Notes: generated by a model from the letters alone, not told the origin. 64,000 bases of DNA from Phormidesmis sp. (GCA_965248535.1 CBDFJR010000002.1:2208001-2272000), one strand, 5' to 3'; positions 20,441-30,896 are shown, counted from the first letter of the stretch. Program-made: numbers and translations.

Positions 20441-21562
20441 GTGATGGAATTTTCTGATCCGATCGTGCCCTCCGATTCCAATCGTCAAGAAATGGCATCT
20501 AAACCTACGTCTCTGCTCAAGCGGCACTCACCGTTATCGTCTTCTGACTATCAGCGCCAAGTTTTAGCGGCGATCGCTCTAGCAAAAACGCCCCACGACG
20601 GGGACTTTTCCCAGACGCTGGCTGCAAATGATTGGCAAAAACTCACGCCTGGCAAGTTAGAAATTTTTCAGATCAACATTGGCAAATTGTGCAATATGAG
20701 TTGTCGTCATTGTCATGTGGATGCAGGCCCCGATCGCACTCAAGAAAACATGAACCGCGAGACGATCGACCTGTGTTTACGCGCCCTTGACCTGACTGAA
20801 GCCCACACGGTGGATATCACGGGAGGCGCACCAGAGCTAAACCCTCATTTTCGCTATCTGGTTGATCAGTGTGTAGAGCGCGGAAAACACATCATCGATC
20901 GCTGCAATCTCACTGTTTTGCTGCTGCCTGGGATGGAAGATTTGCCCCAGTGGTTTGGCGATCGTGGAGTCGAAATCGTCTGCTCTCTGCCTCACTATCG
21001 CCAGCGCAACACCGATGCTCAACGCGGCGACGGCACCTTTGAGAAGTCGATCGAGGCTCTGCACCGCCTCAACGCGGTTGGCTATGGACAGGGAAACCCC
21101 GATCGTCAGTTAACGCTGATGAGCAATCCGGTGGGGGCATTTTTGGCCAGTGGTCAGACCAAGCTAGAAGCCGAATGGAAAGCCGGACTGCAAAAAAACT
21201 ACGGAATTCGCTTCGATCGTTTGATCACGCTCAACAATATGCCGATCTCTCGCTATCTCGAATGGCTAGAGCAGTCGGGCAACTTGCAGGAGTATATGGA
21301 ATTGTTGGTTAATTCCTTCAATCCGGCGACTGTCAATGGTTTGATGTGTCGCAACACGATCTCGATCGCCTGGGATGGACGGCTCTATGACTGCGACTTT
21401 AATCAAATGCTGGAATTGGACTGTCAGGGAGTTGCGACTCAACCGATGCACCTGCGAGACTTTGATCCCATCCAGCTAGCAACGCGGGAGATTGTCACCG
21501 ATCGCCACTGTTTTGGCTGCACCGCCGGGGCCGGAAGTTCTTGCGGAGGAGCGTTAGATTAA
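20441..21562 (+). CDS. arsS: Arsenosugar biosynthesis radical SAM protein
   Basis: CNMSCRHCHVDAGP, DITGGAPELNPHFR, YDCDFNQML, C-terminal HCFGCTAGAGSSCGG. Confidence 0.88.
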   Translation: MMEFSDPIVPSDSNRQEMASKPTSLLKRHSPLSSSDYQRQVLAAIALAKTPHDGDFSQTLAANDWQKLTPGKLEIFQINIGKLCNMSCRHCHVDAGPDRTQENMNRETIDLCLRALDLTEAHTVDITGGAPELNPHFRYLVDQCVERGKHIIDRCNLTVLLLPGMEDLPQWFGDRGVEIVCSLPHYRQRNTDAQRGDGTFEKSIEALHRLNAVGYGQGNPDRQLTLMSNPVGAFLASGQTKLEAEWKAGLQKNYGIRFDRLITLNNMPISRYLEWLEQSGNLQEYMELLVNSFNPATVNGLMCRNTISIAWDGRLYDCDFNQMLELDCQGVATQPMHLRDFDPIQLATREIVTDRHCFGCTAGAGSSCGGALD

Positions 21563-21589
21563 GACTTAAATCTCTTATTTTCGTCGCCT

Positions 21590-22939
21590 ATGTTGCCCGA
21601 AACGCTTAAACTTCGTCGCCAAAAACTTGCTGATTTGATCGATGTGCCTGTGATTCTCTGGTCTGGGGGCCCCGCTTCGCGCAACTTTCCGGCTAACGTC
21701 TTTCCCTTTCGGGCCAGCAGTCATTTTCTTTATTTTGCGGGCTTGCCTTTAGAGAATGCGGCGATTCGCTTAGAGTCGGGCAGGTTGACGCTGTTTTTAG
21801 ACGAGTCCAGCCCAGCCAGCGCGCTTTGGCACGGCGCATCTCCCACGCGAGCCGAAATCGCTGCCCAGATCGGTGCAGATGAGGCTTATCCGCGATCGGC
21901 ACTCAAAGATCAGGCGCTGGGGGCAGCAACGGTGGCAGTTCAAGATAGTCTGACCCGATCGGAACAGGCCCGGTTGCTCGATCGTCCAATTTCTAACGAT
22001 CCAAAAGGCATTGATTTAAAGCTGACTACCGCGATCGTGGCGTTGCGATTAATTCACGACGAGGCGGCTCTAGCAGAAATTCGCAAAGCAGCGGCGGTCA
22101 CGGTCAAAGCTCATCAAGCTGGAATGGCAGCTACGCCCAGCGCCACCGTTGAAGCCGACGTGAGGGCGGCCATGGAGAGCGTCATTATAGCGAATGGCAT
22201 GACCTGCGCCTATGGCAGCATTGTTACCGTTCACGGCGAAGTGTTGCATAACGATCGCTATCATCATCCTCTGCGCTCAACCGATTTGCTGTTAGCCGAT
22301 GTCGGGGCTGAAACCCCCACAGGCTGGGCATCTGACGTGACACGAACTTGGGCAACGTCGGGCAAATTCTCTCCGACGCAGCGCGACTTATACAATGTTG
22401 TTCTCGCTGCCCACGATGCCTGCATTGCAGCCCTTCGCCCCGGCGTGGAGTATCGGGAGATTCACCTGTTGGCGAGTCACACGATCGCCGCCGGGCTGGT
22501 CGATTTAGGAATTTTGCGTGGTCAACCTGCCGATCTGGTCGAACAAGATGCCCATGCGCTGTTCTTTCCCCACGGAGTCGGGCATCTTTTGGGGCTAGAT
22601 GTCCACGATATGGAAGATTTGGGCGACCTGGCAGGCTATGCCCCCGGCAGAACTCGCAGCCCGCGATTTGGGCTAGGCTATCTGCGGCTCGATCGACCCT
22701 TGCAGACTGGGATGGTGGTAACGATCGAGCCAGGGTTCTATCAGGTTCCTGCCATTTTGCAAGACTCAGAGCGCCGTGAAACCTATCGCGATGTCGTCAA
22801 CTGGGATCGGTTGGCAGATTTCAGCGACGTGCGCGGCATTCGGATCGAAGATGATGTGCTCATAACAGAAACTGGCTCAGAGGTTTTGACGGCAGCGCTA
22901 CCCACGAGTGTGGAGGCGATCGAACACTTCGTCAGGTAA
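21590..22939 (+). CDS. Xaa-Pro aminopeptidase (M24)
   Basis: DVGAE...ASDVTRT, PHGVGHLLGLDVHD, TIEPG, GIRIEDDVL. Confidence 0.93.
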   Translation: MLPETLKLRRQKLADLIDVPVILWSGGPASRNFPANVFPFRASSHFLYFAGLPLENAAIRLESGRLTLFLDESSPASALWHGASPTRAEIAAQIGADEAYPRSALKDQALGAATVAVQDSLTRSEQARLLDRPISNDPKGIDLKLTTAIVALRLIHDEAALAEIRKAAAVTVKAHQAGMAATPSATVEADVRAAMESVIIANGMTCAYGSIVTVHGEVLHNDRYHHPLRSTDLLLADVGAETPTGWASDVTRTWATSGKFSPTQRDLYNVVLAAHDACIAALRPGVEYREIHLLASHTIAAGLVDLGILRGQPADLVEQDAHALFFPHGVGHLLGLDVHDMEDLGDLAGYAPGRTRSPRFGLGYLRLDRPLQTGMVVTIEPGFYQVPAILQDSERRETYRDVVNWDRLADFSDVRGIRIEDDVLITETGSEVLTAALPTSVEAIEHFVR

Positions 22940-23091
22940 ATGCTCTGTAATTTTGGAAGGAGCGGGTGCGATCGTGGCAGACGGCAAGGAAACCTCCTTC
23001 GCTCCAATGATTTGTTAGCCTGCTTCGTTTTGGATGGTGGTCATTTGAAAGTAGCGTTCGCTAAAATCGTAGTTTTCAAGCAGGGGGTTCA

Positions 23092-23148
23092 ATGCTGAAG
23101 TTCTACTGCAATCCGGTCTCTGCAAATGTGCGTCGAGTCTGGGTCTGA
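23092..23148 (+). pseudogene. Glutathione S-transferase N-terminal remnant
   Basis: MLKFYCNPVSANVRRVWV* resembles GST beta1-alpha1; truncated after 18 codons. Confidence 0.5.
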
Positions 23149-23191
23149 TATTTTTCCTATTGCATCCGTCTCTCTTTGCATCGAAACCCTG

Positions 23192-23220
23192 GTAGGGCAA
23201 GCATCTAAACATTGCCCTAC
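23192..23220. repeat. GTAG-type REP-like palindrome
   Basis: GTAGGGCAA...TTGCCCTAC. Confidence 0.6.
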
Positions 23221-23229
23221 ATCAGTCTT

Positions 23230-23630
23230 GTGAACTACCTACACCAACCGCTAGGCGGTATGCTGTAGGCTTCCCAATTCATCGGGAAGCGCCTCTAGAA
23301 CTCCGTAATTCCGTTGGTCTTACCTTCCCTCCAAGGGCAGCAGTCCTGGTTCCCAAGACCCAATCTTTTAAACAGTCATGACTAGCTGCTTCGACCGCTT
23401 GGTTTTCACGATCCTGATTGCTTGGTTTTTGCAATCTTCGCAGCGTTGATGTTGCTTTGCCGAAAGTATATCAGAACGAACGCTTCGTTTGTAAAAGTTT
23501 GGTGATGTCTTGCCTGCCTTGCTTGCTCTCCAGCTTCGGTGAAGACCGCAAACAAGACGGCAAGACATCACCCTGGCTTTCATCCCACACCAAACGAAAC
23601 GTTATGGCGTGGGGATTCCCGCCGAACTAG
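23230..23630 (-). mobile_element. Non-autonomous IS200/IS605 (tnpB-derived) element retaining both terminal hairpins and an omega-RNA-like right end
   Basis: On the minus strand: left hairpin GAATCCCCACGCCA...TGGTGTGGGATG; TnpB C-terminal-like remnant VLGTRTAALGGKVRP; right end GAAGCCTACAGCATACCGCCTAGCGGTTGGTGTAGGTAGTTCAC; left boundary approximate. Confidence 0.72.
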
Positions 23631-23637
23631 CTAAGGG

Positions 23638-24603
23638 CTATCGAACGGCAGCAGAAATCTCATCAAGAATTTCTTTTGCGCCTTTCTCAATCAGTTGATG
23701 AGCCAGTTGAGTGCCTAACGCTTCAGCCTCAGCAGCCGTTCCCGAAACCTCACCTTTGACGACTTTTTGCCCGTCTACACTCGCTACAATTCCAGTTAGC
23801 GTCAGCGTGTCGGCATTGAGAACAGTGTTGACCCCGATCGGAACCTGACATCCCCCTTCGAGTTCTCTTAAAAAGGCCCGTTCTGCATAGCAGCGATAGG
23901 CTGTCGGCCGATGCTCTAGGGCTTTGATCACCGATAGAATCTCGGCATCGTCGCTGCGGCACTCAATGCCTAATGCACCTTGCCCAACGGCATGAAGCGA
24001 GATCTCAGCCGGAATGACTTGATCGACGCGATCGCCCAACCCTAATCGCTCCAAGCCCGCCACCGCCAGAATCAGCGCGTCATATTCCCCCGCGTCTAAC
24101 TTTGCCAGCCGAGTAATCACATTGCCGCGCACATCTTTAAACGCAAAGTGCGGGAAGTGATGACGAAGCTGCGCCAATCGTCTGAGCGAAGAAGTCCCGA
24201 TCACAGCCCCTTCTGGCAGCGTGTCGAGTTGCTTGCCTTTGTGCTTTGCATTCACTACTAGCGCATCGGCGGGATTTTCTCGATCGGTGATGCACCCCAG
24301 CATCAGCCCTTCGGGTAGTCGCGTCGGCAGATCTTTGAGGGAGTGAACGGCAAAATCAATCTCTTGATTCAGCATCCCGACTTCTAATTCTTTGGTAAAC
24401 AGTCCTTTGTCGCCAATCTTGGCCAACGCGACATCTAGGATTTTGTCACCCTGAGTGCTCATCGTGTGAACTTCAAAGGTGCGATCGGGAAACGCTTTTT
24501 GCAACTCTGCCTGCACCCAATGGGTTTGCACAAGCGCAAGCTGACTTTTGCGAGAACCGATGCGAATCGTGCGGCTAGAAACGGGTGAGGTGGTGAGAGA
24601 CAT
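23638..24603 (-). CDS. hemC: Hydroxymethylbilane synthase
   Basis: [48 protein letters not shown]; start ATG 24603 inferred. Confidence 0.97.
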   Translation of the reverse strand: MSLTTSPVSSRTIRIGSRKSQLALVQTHWVQAELQKAFPDRTFEVHTMSTQGDKILDVALAKIGDKGLFTKELEVGMLNQEIDFAVHSLKDLPTRLPEGLMLGCITDRENPADALVVNAKHKGKQLDTLPEGAVIGTSSLRRLAQLRHHFPHFAFKDVRGNVITRLAKLDAGEYDALILAVAGLERLGLGDRVDQVIPAEISLHAVGQGALGIECRSDDAEILSVIKALEHRPTAYRCYAERAFLRELEGGCQVPIGVNTVLNADTLTLTGIVASVDGQKVVKGEVSGTAAEAEALGTQLAHQLIEKGAKEILDEISAAVR

Positions 24604-24717
24604 ATCAACGAATGGTTTGAAACTGGCTTTCATTTTGACTCTTTCCACCTTACCGCAGTGTGTTGCCCCGATCGTCAGCGTCTCGCGATCGCAATCGTTA
24701 CAGATAGTTAAGCTGGG

Positions 24718-25668
24718 CTATGACCCGACGTGCAAAACGGCTTTGCCGAGAAACTGGCGATCGATGAGTTGTTGGGCCACGGTGGCGATCTCTGTCCACG
24801 AAGCCTCGATCGAGATATGCGGCTTTAGCTGCTCGGCGGCGATCAAATTCAGCAATCGCTGTAGCCCGATCGTGGCTGATTCATGGCGCAACTCGTGGAA
24901 CAACATCAGCCCATAGAGTTTTGCCCCGTTGCTGACTCCATAAAAGCGCTGGGCGTTGAAGGTGACTTCGTTGCCGCCAGAGGTGCCAAACAGCACAACC
25001 GTCCCATCTTCAGCGACAGAACTCAGAGCCGCTGAAAGCGTTTTTCCGCCCACGGATTCCACAATCAAATCATAGGCAGCGGGGTCACGATCGAGGGGAA
25101 GCGATTCGCCGAGGACGATCGTGTGTGCGCCTGCGGCTTTGACCAGCGCCTCAGCCTCTGGTTGACGAATGTGGGCGGTCACCGTTGCCCCAGACAGCCG
25201 CGCTAGTTGAATGGCAAAATGACCCACACCGCCCGATGCGCCCGTGATCAAGACTGATTTTCCGAGCAGTAGACCACCCTGCTTGAGCGCGTGATAAGCC
25301 GTTAGCCCGGCGACGGGTAAGGTTGAGGCTTGGGCAAACGAAACCGATTCTGGAAGCGGCGCGATCGCGTTGACGGGCACTGCCACCACCTCGCCCCAGG
25401 CACCCGATCTGACAAATCCCACGACTCGCGTTCCGGCTTTGGGGCTTGACCCGTCTGCTGCCTCAGTTTCGATAGTGCCTGCCAGATCCCAACCGGGTTG
25501 CCACCCGGCCTCTGCGGTCTGCGATCGCCGAATCTCACCGCGATTGAGAGAGATCGCTGCAACCCGAATCAGGGCTTGATCGGGTGCCGGGGTGGGCGAG
25601 TCAACGCTGCTCAGGGCCAGCCGTCCCGATATCGTAGGATCAACGACGATCGCTTGAATTTTGCTCAT
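24718..25668 (-). CDS. Zinc-binding dehydrogenase / NADPH:quinone oxidoreductase family (MDR)
   Basis: AISLNRGE, PGWDLAG, TLPVAGLTA, ITGASGGVG. Confidence 0.9.
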   Translation of the reverse strand: MSKIQAIVVDPTISGRLALSSVDSPTPAPDQALIRVAAISLNRGEIRRSQTAEAGWQPGWDLAGTIETEAADGSSPKAGTRVVGFVRSGAWGEVVAVPVNAIAPLPESVSFAQASTLPVAGLTAYHALKQGGLLLGKSVLITGASGGVGHFAIQLARLSGATVTAHIRQPEAEALVKAAGAHTIVLGESLPLDRDPAAYDLIVESVGGKTLSAALSSVAEDGTVVLFGTSGGNEVTFNAQRFYGVSNGAKLYGLMLFHELRHESATIGLQRLLNLIAAEQLKPHISIEASWTEIATVAQQLIDRQFLGKAVLHVGS

Positions 25669-25889
25669 AATGACTTCTCTGATGAGGGGGCTAGAGTTAA
25701 AGATTGGCGAATGCCAGATCGATCACTTTAGTAATATAAATTAAAATATTGACAGAGCACGATCGCCAACACCTCGTTAAACAAACCACACGTCTGTAGC
25801 AAATAGATCTCTGATAGGATCTAATCAGACTTCACAGCAGACAGGATTTGGTTTAATCTCTGTCTGCTTCAACAGGCTGACGTGCGCTA

Positions 25890-26993
25890 ATGCTACATCC
25901 CATTCAACCCGCTGCTCTTAAAAAGAATTGCTTGCCGCCGCCTCTCCAGCCAGGGCTTGCTTTAACTGCGCTTGCGCCCATGCAAGATGTGACCGATCTA
26001 TTTTTCATGAGTGTGATCGATCACTACGGCAGTCCCGATTATTTTTTTACTGAATATTTTCGCGTCTATGACAACTCAGGGTTAGACAAAAAGACGCTGC
26101 GATCGATTACCGAAAACTCCACCGACCGTCCTATTTTTGCTCAACTGATCGGCGAGAATATTCCCAATCTGGTGCGGGTTGCTCAAGCGCTGAGTCACTA
26201 CCCGATCGCGGGCATCGACCTAAATATGGGCTGTCCGGCACCTCGGATTTATCGCAAAAACGTCGGCGGCGGGCTGCTGCGCGATCCTGAGAAGGTGTAT
26301 CGGATTTTAAGCGAACTGCGCGAAGCCGTTTCTGGACGATTGACCGTTAAAATGCGGATTGGGTTTGACGACACTGCCAACTTCGATCGCATTCTCAATT
26401 TAATTAACGAATGCGATATCGATCTATTGAGCCTGCATGGTCGCACCGTTAAAGAAATGTATCACAGCGCCGTACATTACGATTTAATTGCTCATGCAGT
26501 GCAGCGAGTCAATTGTCCTGTTTTAGCCAATGGTAATGTGACTTCTGCCGCGTCAGCGTTGACTGTTTTATCTAAGACAAAAGCCGCAGGCGTGATGGTC
26601 GGCCGGGCAGCCATTCGCAACCCCTGGATTTTTAAGCAAATTCGTCAAGCCCTGAGCGGTCAACCCGTTTCGGTGGTCACGCTGGCTGAAGTTCACGATT
26701 ATATTGAGCGATTGCGACAAACGACAACCGCGCAAACCGTTCCTGAGCGGGCGCGAGTGAGTTATCTCAAACTGTATCTCAACTACATCGCTCAGGGTGT
26801 AGATTCGGCCGGGGCTTTTCAGCGAGAAATGCGGCTTGCCAAAACTGAACCAGAGTTATTTGGAGTTTGCGATCGCCACCTGTTGAGCAACCCAGACCGA
26901 GCCTTTGCGTCAGAGCCTTATCTGGGTGTGGTGGCACGCCCTAACTGCGAGACGACCCGCGACCCAATTGTTCAAATTATAAGCGTCATTTAG
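25890..26993 (+). CDS. tRNA-dihydrouridine synthase family protein
   Basis: LAPM, IDLNMGCP, VKMRIG, LHGRT, ANGNV, GVMVGR. Confidence 0.9.
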   Translation: MLHPIQPAALKKNCLPPPLQPGLALTALAPMQDVTDLFFMSVIDHYGSPDYFFTEYFRVYDNSGLDKKTLRSITENSTDRPIFAQLIGENIPNLVRVAQALSHYPIAGIDLNMGCPAPRIYRKNVGGGLLRDPEKVYRILSELREAVSGRLTVKMRIGFDDTANFDRILNLINECDIDLLSLHGRTVKEMYHSAVHYDLIAHAVQRVNCPVLANGNVTSAASALTVLSKTKAAGVMVGRAAIRNPWIFKQIRQALSGQPVSVVTLAEVHDYIERLRQTTTAQTVPERARVSYLKLYLNYIAQGVDSAGAFQREMRLAKTEPELFGVCDRHLLSNPDRAFASEPYLGVVARPNCETTRDPIVQIISVI

Positions 26994-27173
26994 CGATCGC
27001 TCTCCCATTTTTTCATCGACAGCCACAGCGCTTAACGAGAATTCTGGCAACCTATCAAAAGGATGAAACCCTTGACTGATATGAAGCCAAAGAACTTCTG
27101 TCTAAGGAGCGGTTTGAACAGTGGGCTAAATCAAGTAGAACTAAAAGGTCAAATCCTATGGAGATTGTAGTCT

Positions 27174-27620
27174 ATGAAACTGAATTATTTTGTGAAACAG
27201 CTTTCGACGATCGGGCGTTGGCTGACGGCCGCTCTGTTTTGTGTATCAGCGATCGTGTTCATCTGGCAGGGTGCTTTTTTCTCAGACTCCGCAGCAGTAG
27301 CGGCTCCTGCACCTTTGATTGCGGCATCTGATGCAGGTAACCAGGTCAAGCAAAAAGCTCGTGAAGACGCTGGACAAACTAAGAACTTCATTCGAGATAC
27401 GGCCGATAAAGTTGAGAAGACTGCTAACAAAAACGCCGATCGGGTTGAGAATGCAGCAGACGGCAAAGGCAGTTTTGTTGAACGCAAAGCCAAACGAGAT
27501 GCAGCCCGCATTGAGAAAAGAGCAGAACAAGATGCAGCTCGAACTGAGAAGGCAGTAGACAAAACAAAGAATGCTGTCGAAGGCACCGTTGATAAAATCA
27601 AGAGTGCTTTTCGCAAATAA
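27174..27620 (+). CDS. Exported or membrane-anchored LEA-like coiled-coil protein
   Basis: N-terminal hydrophobic segment then K/A/D/E-rich amphipathic repeats; RBS GGAG upstream. Confidence 0.7.
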   Translation: MKLNYFVKQLSTIGRWLTAALFCVSAIVFIWQGAFFSDSAAVAAPAPLIAASDAGNQVKQKAREDAGQTKNFIRDTADKVEKTANKNADRVENAADGKGSFVERKAKRDAARIEKRAEQDAARTEKAVDKTKNAVEGTVDKIKSAFRK

Positions 27621-27837
27621 ATGGTAAGCAGACGTTAATAGATTTCTGTACATTGTTTTATCGTTCGATCTAAATTCAGATGAATTCAATCTGATCTGAT
27701 GAAGCAATGTACACGAATCAGGTAGTTCAGATTTATAAAAGCAAATCTTATCAGTTTCGTCTATGGGCTAATGATTAATCTACTGACTAGATATTAAACA
27801 GTTCAATAAATACAAAAATAAATAAAAGTGTGATGAA

Positions 27838-28509
27838 ATGATCATTGTCCATCATTTAAATAATTCTCGTTCTCAACGCATTCTGTGGCTGCTAGAAGAA
27901 CTCGATCTAGACTATGACGTTAAACGCTATGAACGTGACCCCAAAACGATGCTAGCACCCGCATCGCTGCGGGCAGTGCATCCCCTAGGCAAGTCACCTG
28001 TGATTACAGATAGTGGGCTAACTCTGGCTGAGTCAGGTGCCATTGTTGAATATTTAGTCGATCGCTATGGCAACGGGCGACTGGCTCCAGCCTTGGGCAC
28101 CCCAGAGCGCCTGCGCTACACGTATTGGCTACACTATGCAGAAGGGTCTGCAATGCCGCCCTTATTGTTAAATCTTGTGTTTAACCAAGTCGAAAAGGGA
28201 TCAATGCCCTTTTTTGCAAAACCGATCGCTCGATCGATTGTGCGTCGCGTCAAAGAGTCATTTATCGAACCTCAAATTGCCCAGCATTTAGATTATCTAG
28301 AGACAGAAATCAGCAAAACCTCATGGTTCGTGGGCAACGAATTCACTGCGGCTGATATTCAAATGAGCTTTCCGCTAGAGGCAGCGGCTACGCGGGCGGG
28401 CTTAGATGCAAGCCGGCCTCATCTGATGGGCTTTCTCGATCGCATTCATGCACGTCCGGCTTATGCGCGGGCGCTGCAACGCGGTGGCCCCTACGAGCTT
28501 TTGAGTTAA
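27838..28509 (+). CDS. Glutathione S-transferase (GTT1-like)
   Basis: HHLNNSRSQRILWLLEEL, HPLGKSPV, AESGAI, FTAADIQM. Confidence 0.95.
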   Translation: MIIVHHLNNSRSQRILWLLEELDLDYDVKRYERDPKTMLAPASLRAVHPLGKSPVITDSGLTLAESGAIVEYLVDRYGNGRLAPALGTPERLRYTYWLHYAEGSAMPPLLLNLVFNQVEKGSMPFFAKPIARSIVRRVKESFIEPQIAQHLDYLETEISKTSWFVGNEFTAADIQMSFPLEAAATRAGLDASRPHLMGFLDRIHARPAYARALQRGGPYELLS

Positions 28510-28674
28510 CGCGATCGGTTGCTAGTTCAGCAATCAATAGAAAAACACGGTAACGTCGAGGATATTGAGCGATGAGTGTCTAAAGGCAACTGCAAGATCA
28601 AAGTCGTCAGGCGATCCATAATAGAGTCACCCAATCGTTTTGTTAACGTTAGCCCGATCGTAGAGAAACCCTCA

Positions 28675-28935
28675 ATGGAACCATCAACCCTAGAAGGCAC
28701 CTGGGAAGAAATTCTTCAACACACTGCTCAACTCGCGGGGCAGCGCGTCAGAGTAACCATCTTGACCACCGAATTGTCAGAGCCTAAGAATTCCTCGCAA
28801 TCTTCTCAAAACTTGTCAGAGTTCTCTAGTCGGACAACTTCATCGTCTCATCAAGATCCCTTATCTAGATTCATTGGGGCTGTTTCCCACGGCGCTCTAG
28901 CTGCCAACTTGGACGATGAACTCTATGGTGGCTAA
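28675..28935 (+). CDS. Putative antitoxin
   Basis: EGTWEEI...DPLSRFIG...DDELYG; overlaps the downstream PIN gene. Confidence 0.65.
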   Translation: MEPSTLEGTWEEILQHTAQLAGQRVRVTILTTELSEPKNSSQSSQNLSEFSSRTTSSSHQDPLSRFIGAVSHGALAANLDDELYGG

Positions 28936-29353
28936 ACTGTTTATCGACACTTGGGGCTGGCTCACGCTGCATGATCAAGGTGAACGAAAACACCAAGAAG
29001 CTAAACAAGTTTATCAATGTGCGATCGCTCAGAATAGCTGGGTCTACACAACTGATTACGTACTTGACGAAACCTTCACATTCTTTTTTAAGCGTCTGCC
29101 TGCTCCTCATGCAGATCAATCCATGAACGATCTATTGGCAAGCTTCCACACCAAAAATTTCCATCTCATTCGCATTACTCAAGAACGGTTTTCTCAAACC
29201 CAAGCTCTCCGTTCTAAGCTGCTCGACAAGCCTCAGATTTCATTCACCGATCTAAGATCTATGGTTGTGATGCAAGAGTTCTCAATCTTGGAAGTTTTAA
29301 CCGAAGACGCTCACTTTAGTCATGTTGGAATGGGGTTTCAACGGGTTCCATAA
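28925..29353 (+). CDS. VapC-like PIN-domain toxin
   Basis: LFIDTWGW, YVLDETFT, SFTD, LTEDAHF. Confidence 0.88.
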   Translation: MVAKLFIDTWGWLTLHDQGERKHQEAKQVYQCAIAQNSWVYTTDYVLDETFTFFFKRLPAPHADQSMNDLLASFHTKNFHLIRITQERFSQTQALRSKLLDKPQISFTDLRSMVVMQEFSILEVLTEDAHFSHVGMGFQRVP

Positions 29354-29386
29354 AATAATCGCAATTATTTGAGCGATCGTGCCTCA

Positions 29387-29782
29387 TCAGACCCATCCCA
29401 AAGAGAAGACTAACCAGCCGATCGCGGCACCTCATAACACCAGCCACACTGCATTGATGCGAAATCGAACCGCTAAAATTGCGCTAGCGATCGCGATCAT
29501 CACAGCCCAAACGTCTACGCAAGGAGTCGTCGATTTTTCTAAGGTTGAGATTGCTAACTGCAACGTGATCCCGATCATCAATGCTAACGCACTTGCATTC
29601 ACTACATTCAAAAACGCAGACGACCATTTTGATCGCTGCAAATAAGGAATTAGAGGATTCAGCGCAACGACCCAGATAAACAAAGGCAAAAAAATTCCTA
29701 CCGTGGCCACCACCGCACCGGGAATGCCTGCGATCACATAGCCGATAAACGTTGCCCCAAACTGGGCAGTCAGAGAAGCCAT
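29387..29782 (-). pseudogene. Chromate transporter (ChrA) C-terminal fragment
   Basis: ATFIGY...GAVVATVGIFLP...FL..VNA.ALAL; the 5' part is missing; WLVL*GAAIGW shows an in-frame TGA. Confidence 0.7.
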
Positions 29783-29811
29783 TCACACCACCATTCAGTA
29801 ACGCCCCGGTT

Positions 29812-30024
29812 CTATCGTTTGGTCACCATTTGCCATAGATATTGCCCAAACTCCCACACCTGCTGCATGAGTTTATCGGCCCCGATGCCAAAAACAAATT
29901 GCATCACGAGCACGATCGCCGCAATCACCAGAGCAGTGCTGACGGTGGCCTTCACGACTTTGATCAGCCAAGTGAAGACCAAAACGGAAATCACGATCGC
30001 TGCCCCAACAAGAATCAAGTTCAT
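29812..30024 (-). CDS. Small two-TM membrane protein
   Basis: 70 aa hydrophobic ORF directly downstream of the pentapeptide gene. Confidence 0.7.
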   Translation of the reverse strand: MNLILVGAAIVISVLVFTWLIKVVKATVSTALVIAAIVLVMQFVFGIGADKLMQQVWEFGQYLWQMVTKR

Positions 30025-30027
30025 AAG

Positions 30028-30855
30028 TCAAAGTCTGTCGCGTCTTTTACAGTATCCTATTGATCGGGAAAAATCGGTATGATTCAGGTCGGCTTGATCA
30101 AATCGAGCATCGGTCAAATTTGTGCCTTGAAAAGACGTAGTAGAGGCGAGTTTGAGCGATCGTAGAATCGATTTAAGCGAGTTTAGCGTCAGCCAAACAT
30201 AGATCAAAGCGGCGATCGCCCAAGCAAATCCGATGCTCTGCTGGGCGCTGAGACTGACGCTAGCTGTCGCACCCAGCAAAAAGGCGGCTGCATAAGTGGT
30301 CACAGTTGTGAGAGTCGCGATCGCGATCTTAATCAACGTCTGATGACCAAAGACGCAAGCCACCAATAGCACCAAACCTGCGGCAATGGCACCCGCGATC
30401 GCGACAGTCGGGTTGTTTCCCGATGCACTCCCGGCATAAAAAAATCCGAGTAATGCGCCCGACACAACTGCCGAGACCGTGCCTGCAAGTCGGCTAATTT
30501 TGAGAGAAATATTTTTTAACAAACTGACCCCAGCACTCGCGCCCGCAAGACTCAAAACTCCATATAAGACCAGCACAAGCGACCAAGCAGAACCATCGGG
30601 TATCTGCCCCAGAGCGCTGAAAATCAACCGAGACAACGCATCTGCGATCAGCAGCGCGATCGCGATCGTGATGCCGCTCAACCCCACAAGTTTTTGGGGC
30701 GAGAGTCCTGCTTTGACCCGCTCAAAATTTGCGCCTGCGAGTTGAGCATGGTTGAAGTTGCAGCCTCGAATATCAGCCCCGCTAAAGTCAGCGCCCTGGA
30801 GATTTTGGTGTTGAAACGATCGCGCCTGAAGATTTTGATTTTTAAAGGAAGTCAT
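30028..30855 (-). CDS. Membrane pentapeptide repeat protein
   Basis: Pentapeptide repeats at both ends flanking several TM helices. Confidence 0.85.
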   Translation of the reverse strand: MTSFKNQNLQARSFQHQNLQGADFSGADIRGCNFNHAQLAGANFERVKAGLSPQKLVGLSGITIAIALLIADALSRLIFSALGQIPDGSAWSLVLVLYGVLSLAGASAGVSLLKNISLKISRLAGTVSAVVSGALLGFFYAGSASGNNPTVAIAGAIAAGLVLLVACVFGHQTLIKIAIATLTTVTTYAAAFLLGATASVSLSAQQSIGFAWAIAALIYVWLTLNSLKSILRSLKLASTTSFQGTNLTDARFDQADLNHTDFSRSIGYCKRRDRL

Positions 30856-30896
30856 AGAAGAGGCTAAAGTTGAAATGGTTTTCGAGTGCTCAGAGC

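Noticed and set aside
23368..23630. ~70 aa ORFs inside the mini-element, or an IscB/HEARO identity
   Set aside because: They carry no TnpA HUH or IscB PLMP motif, and the end structure and peptide remnant fit a tnpB-type right end better.
27185..27616. 143 aa antisense ORF mirroring the LEA-like gene
   Set aside because: It is explained by the codon bias of the K/A/D/E-rich sense gene, which gives few antisense stops.
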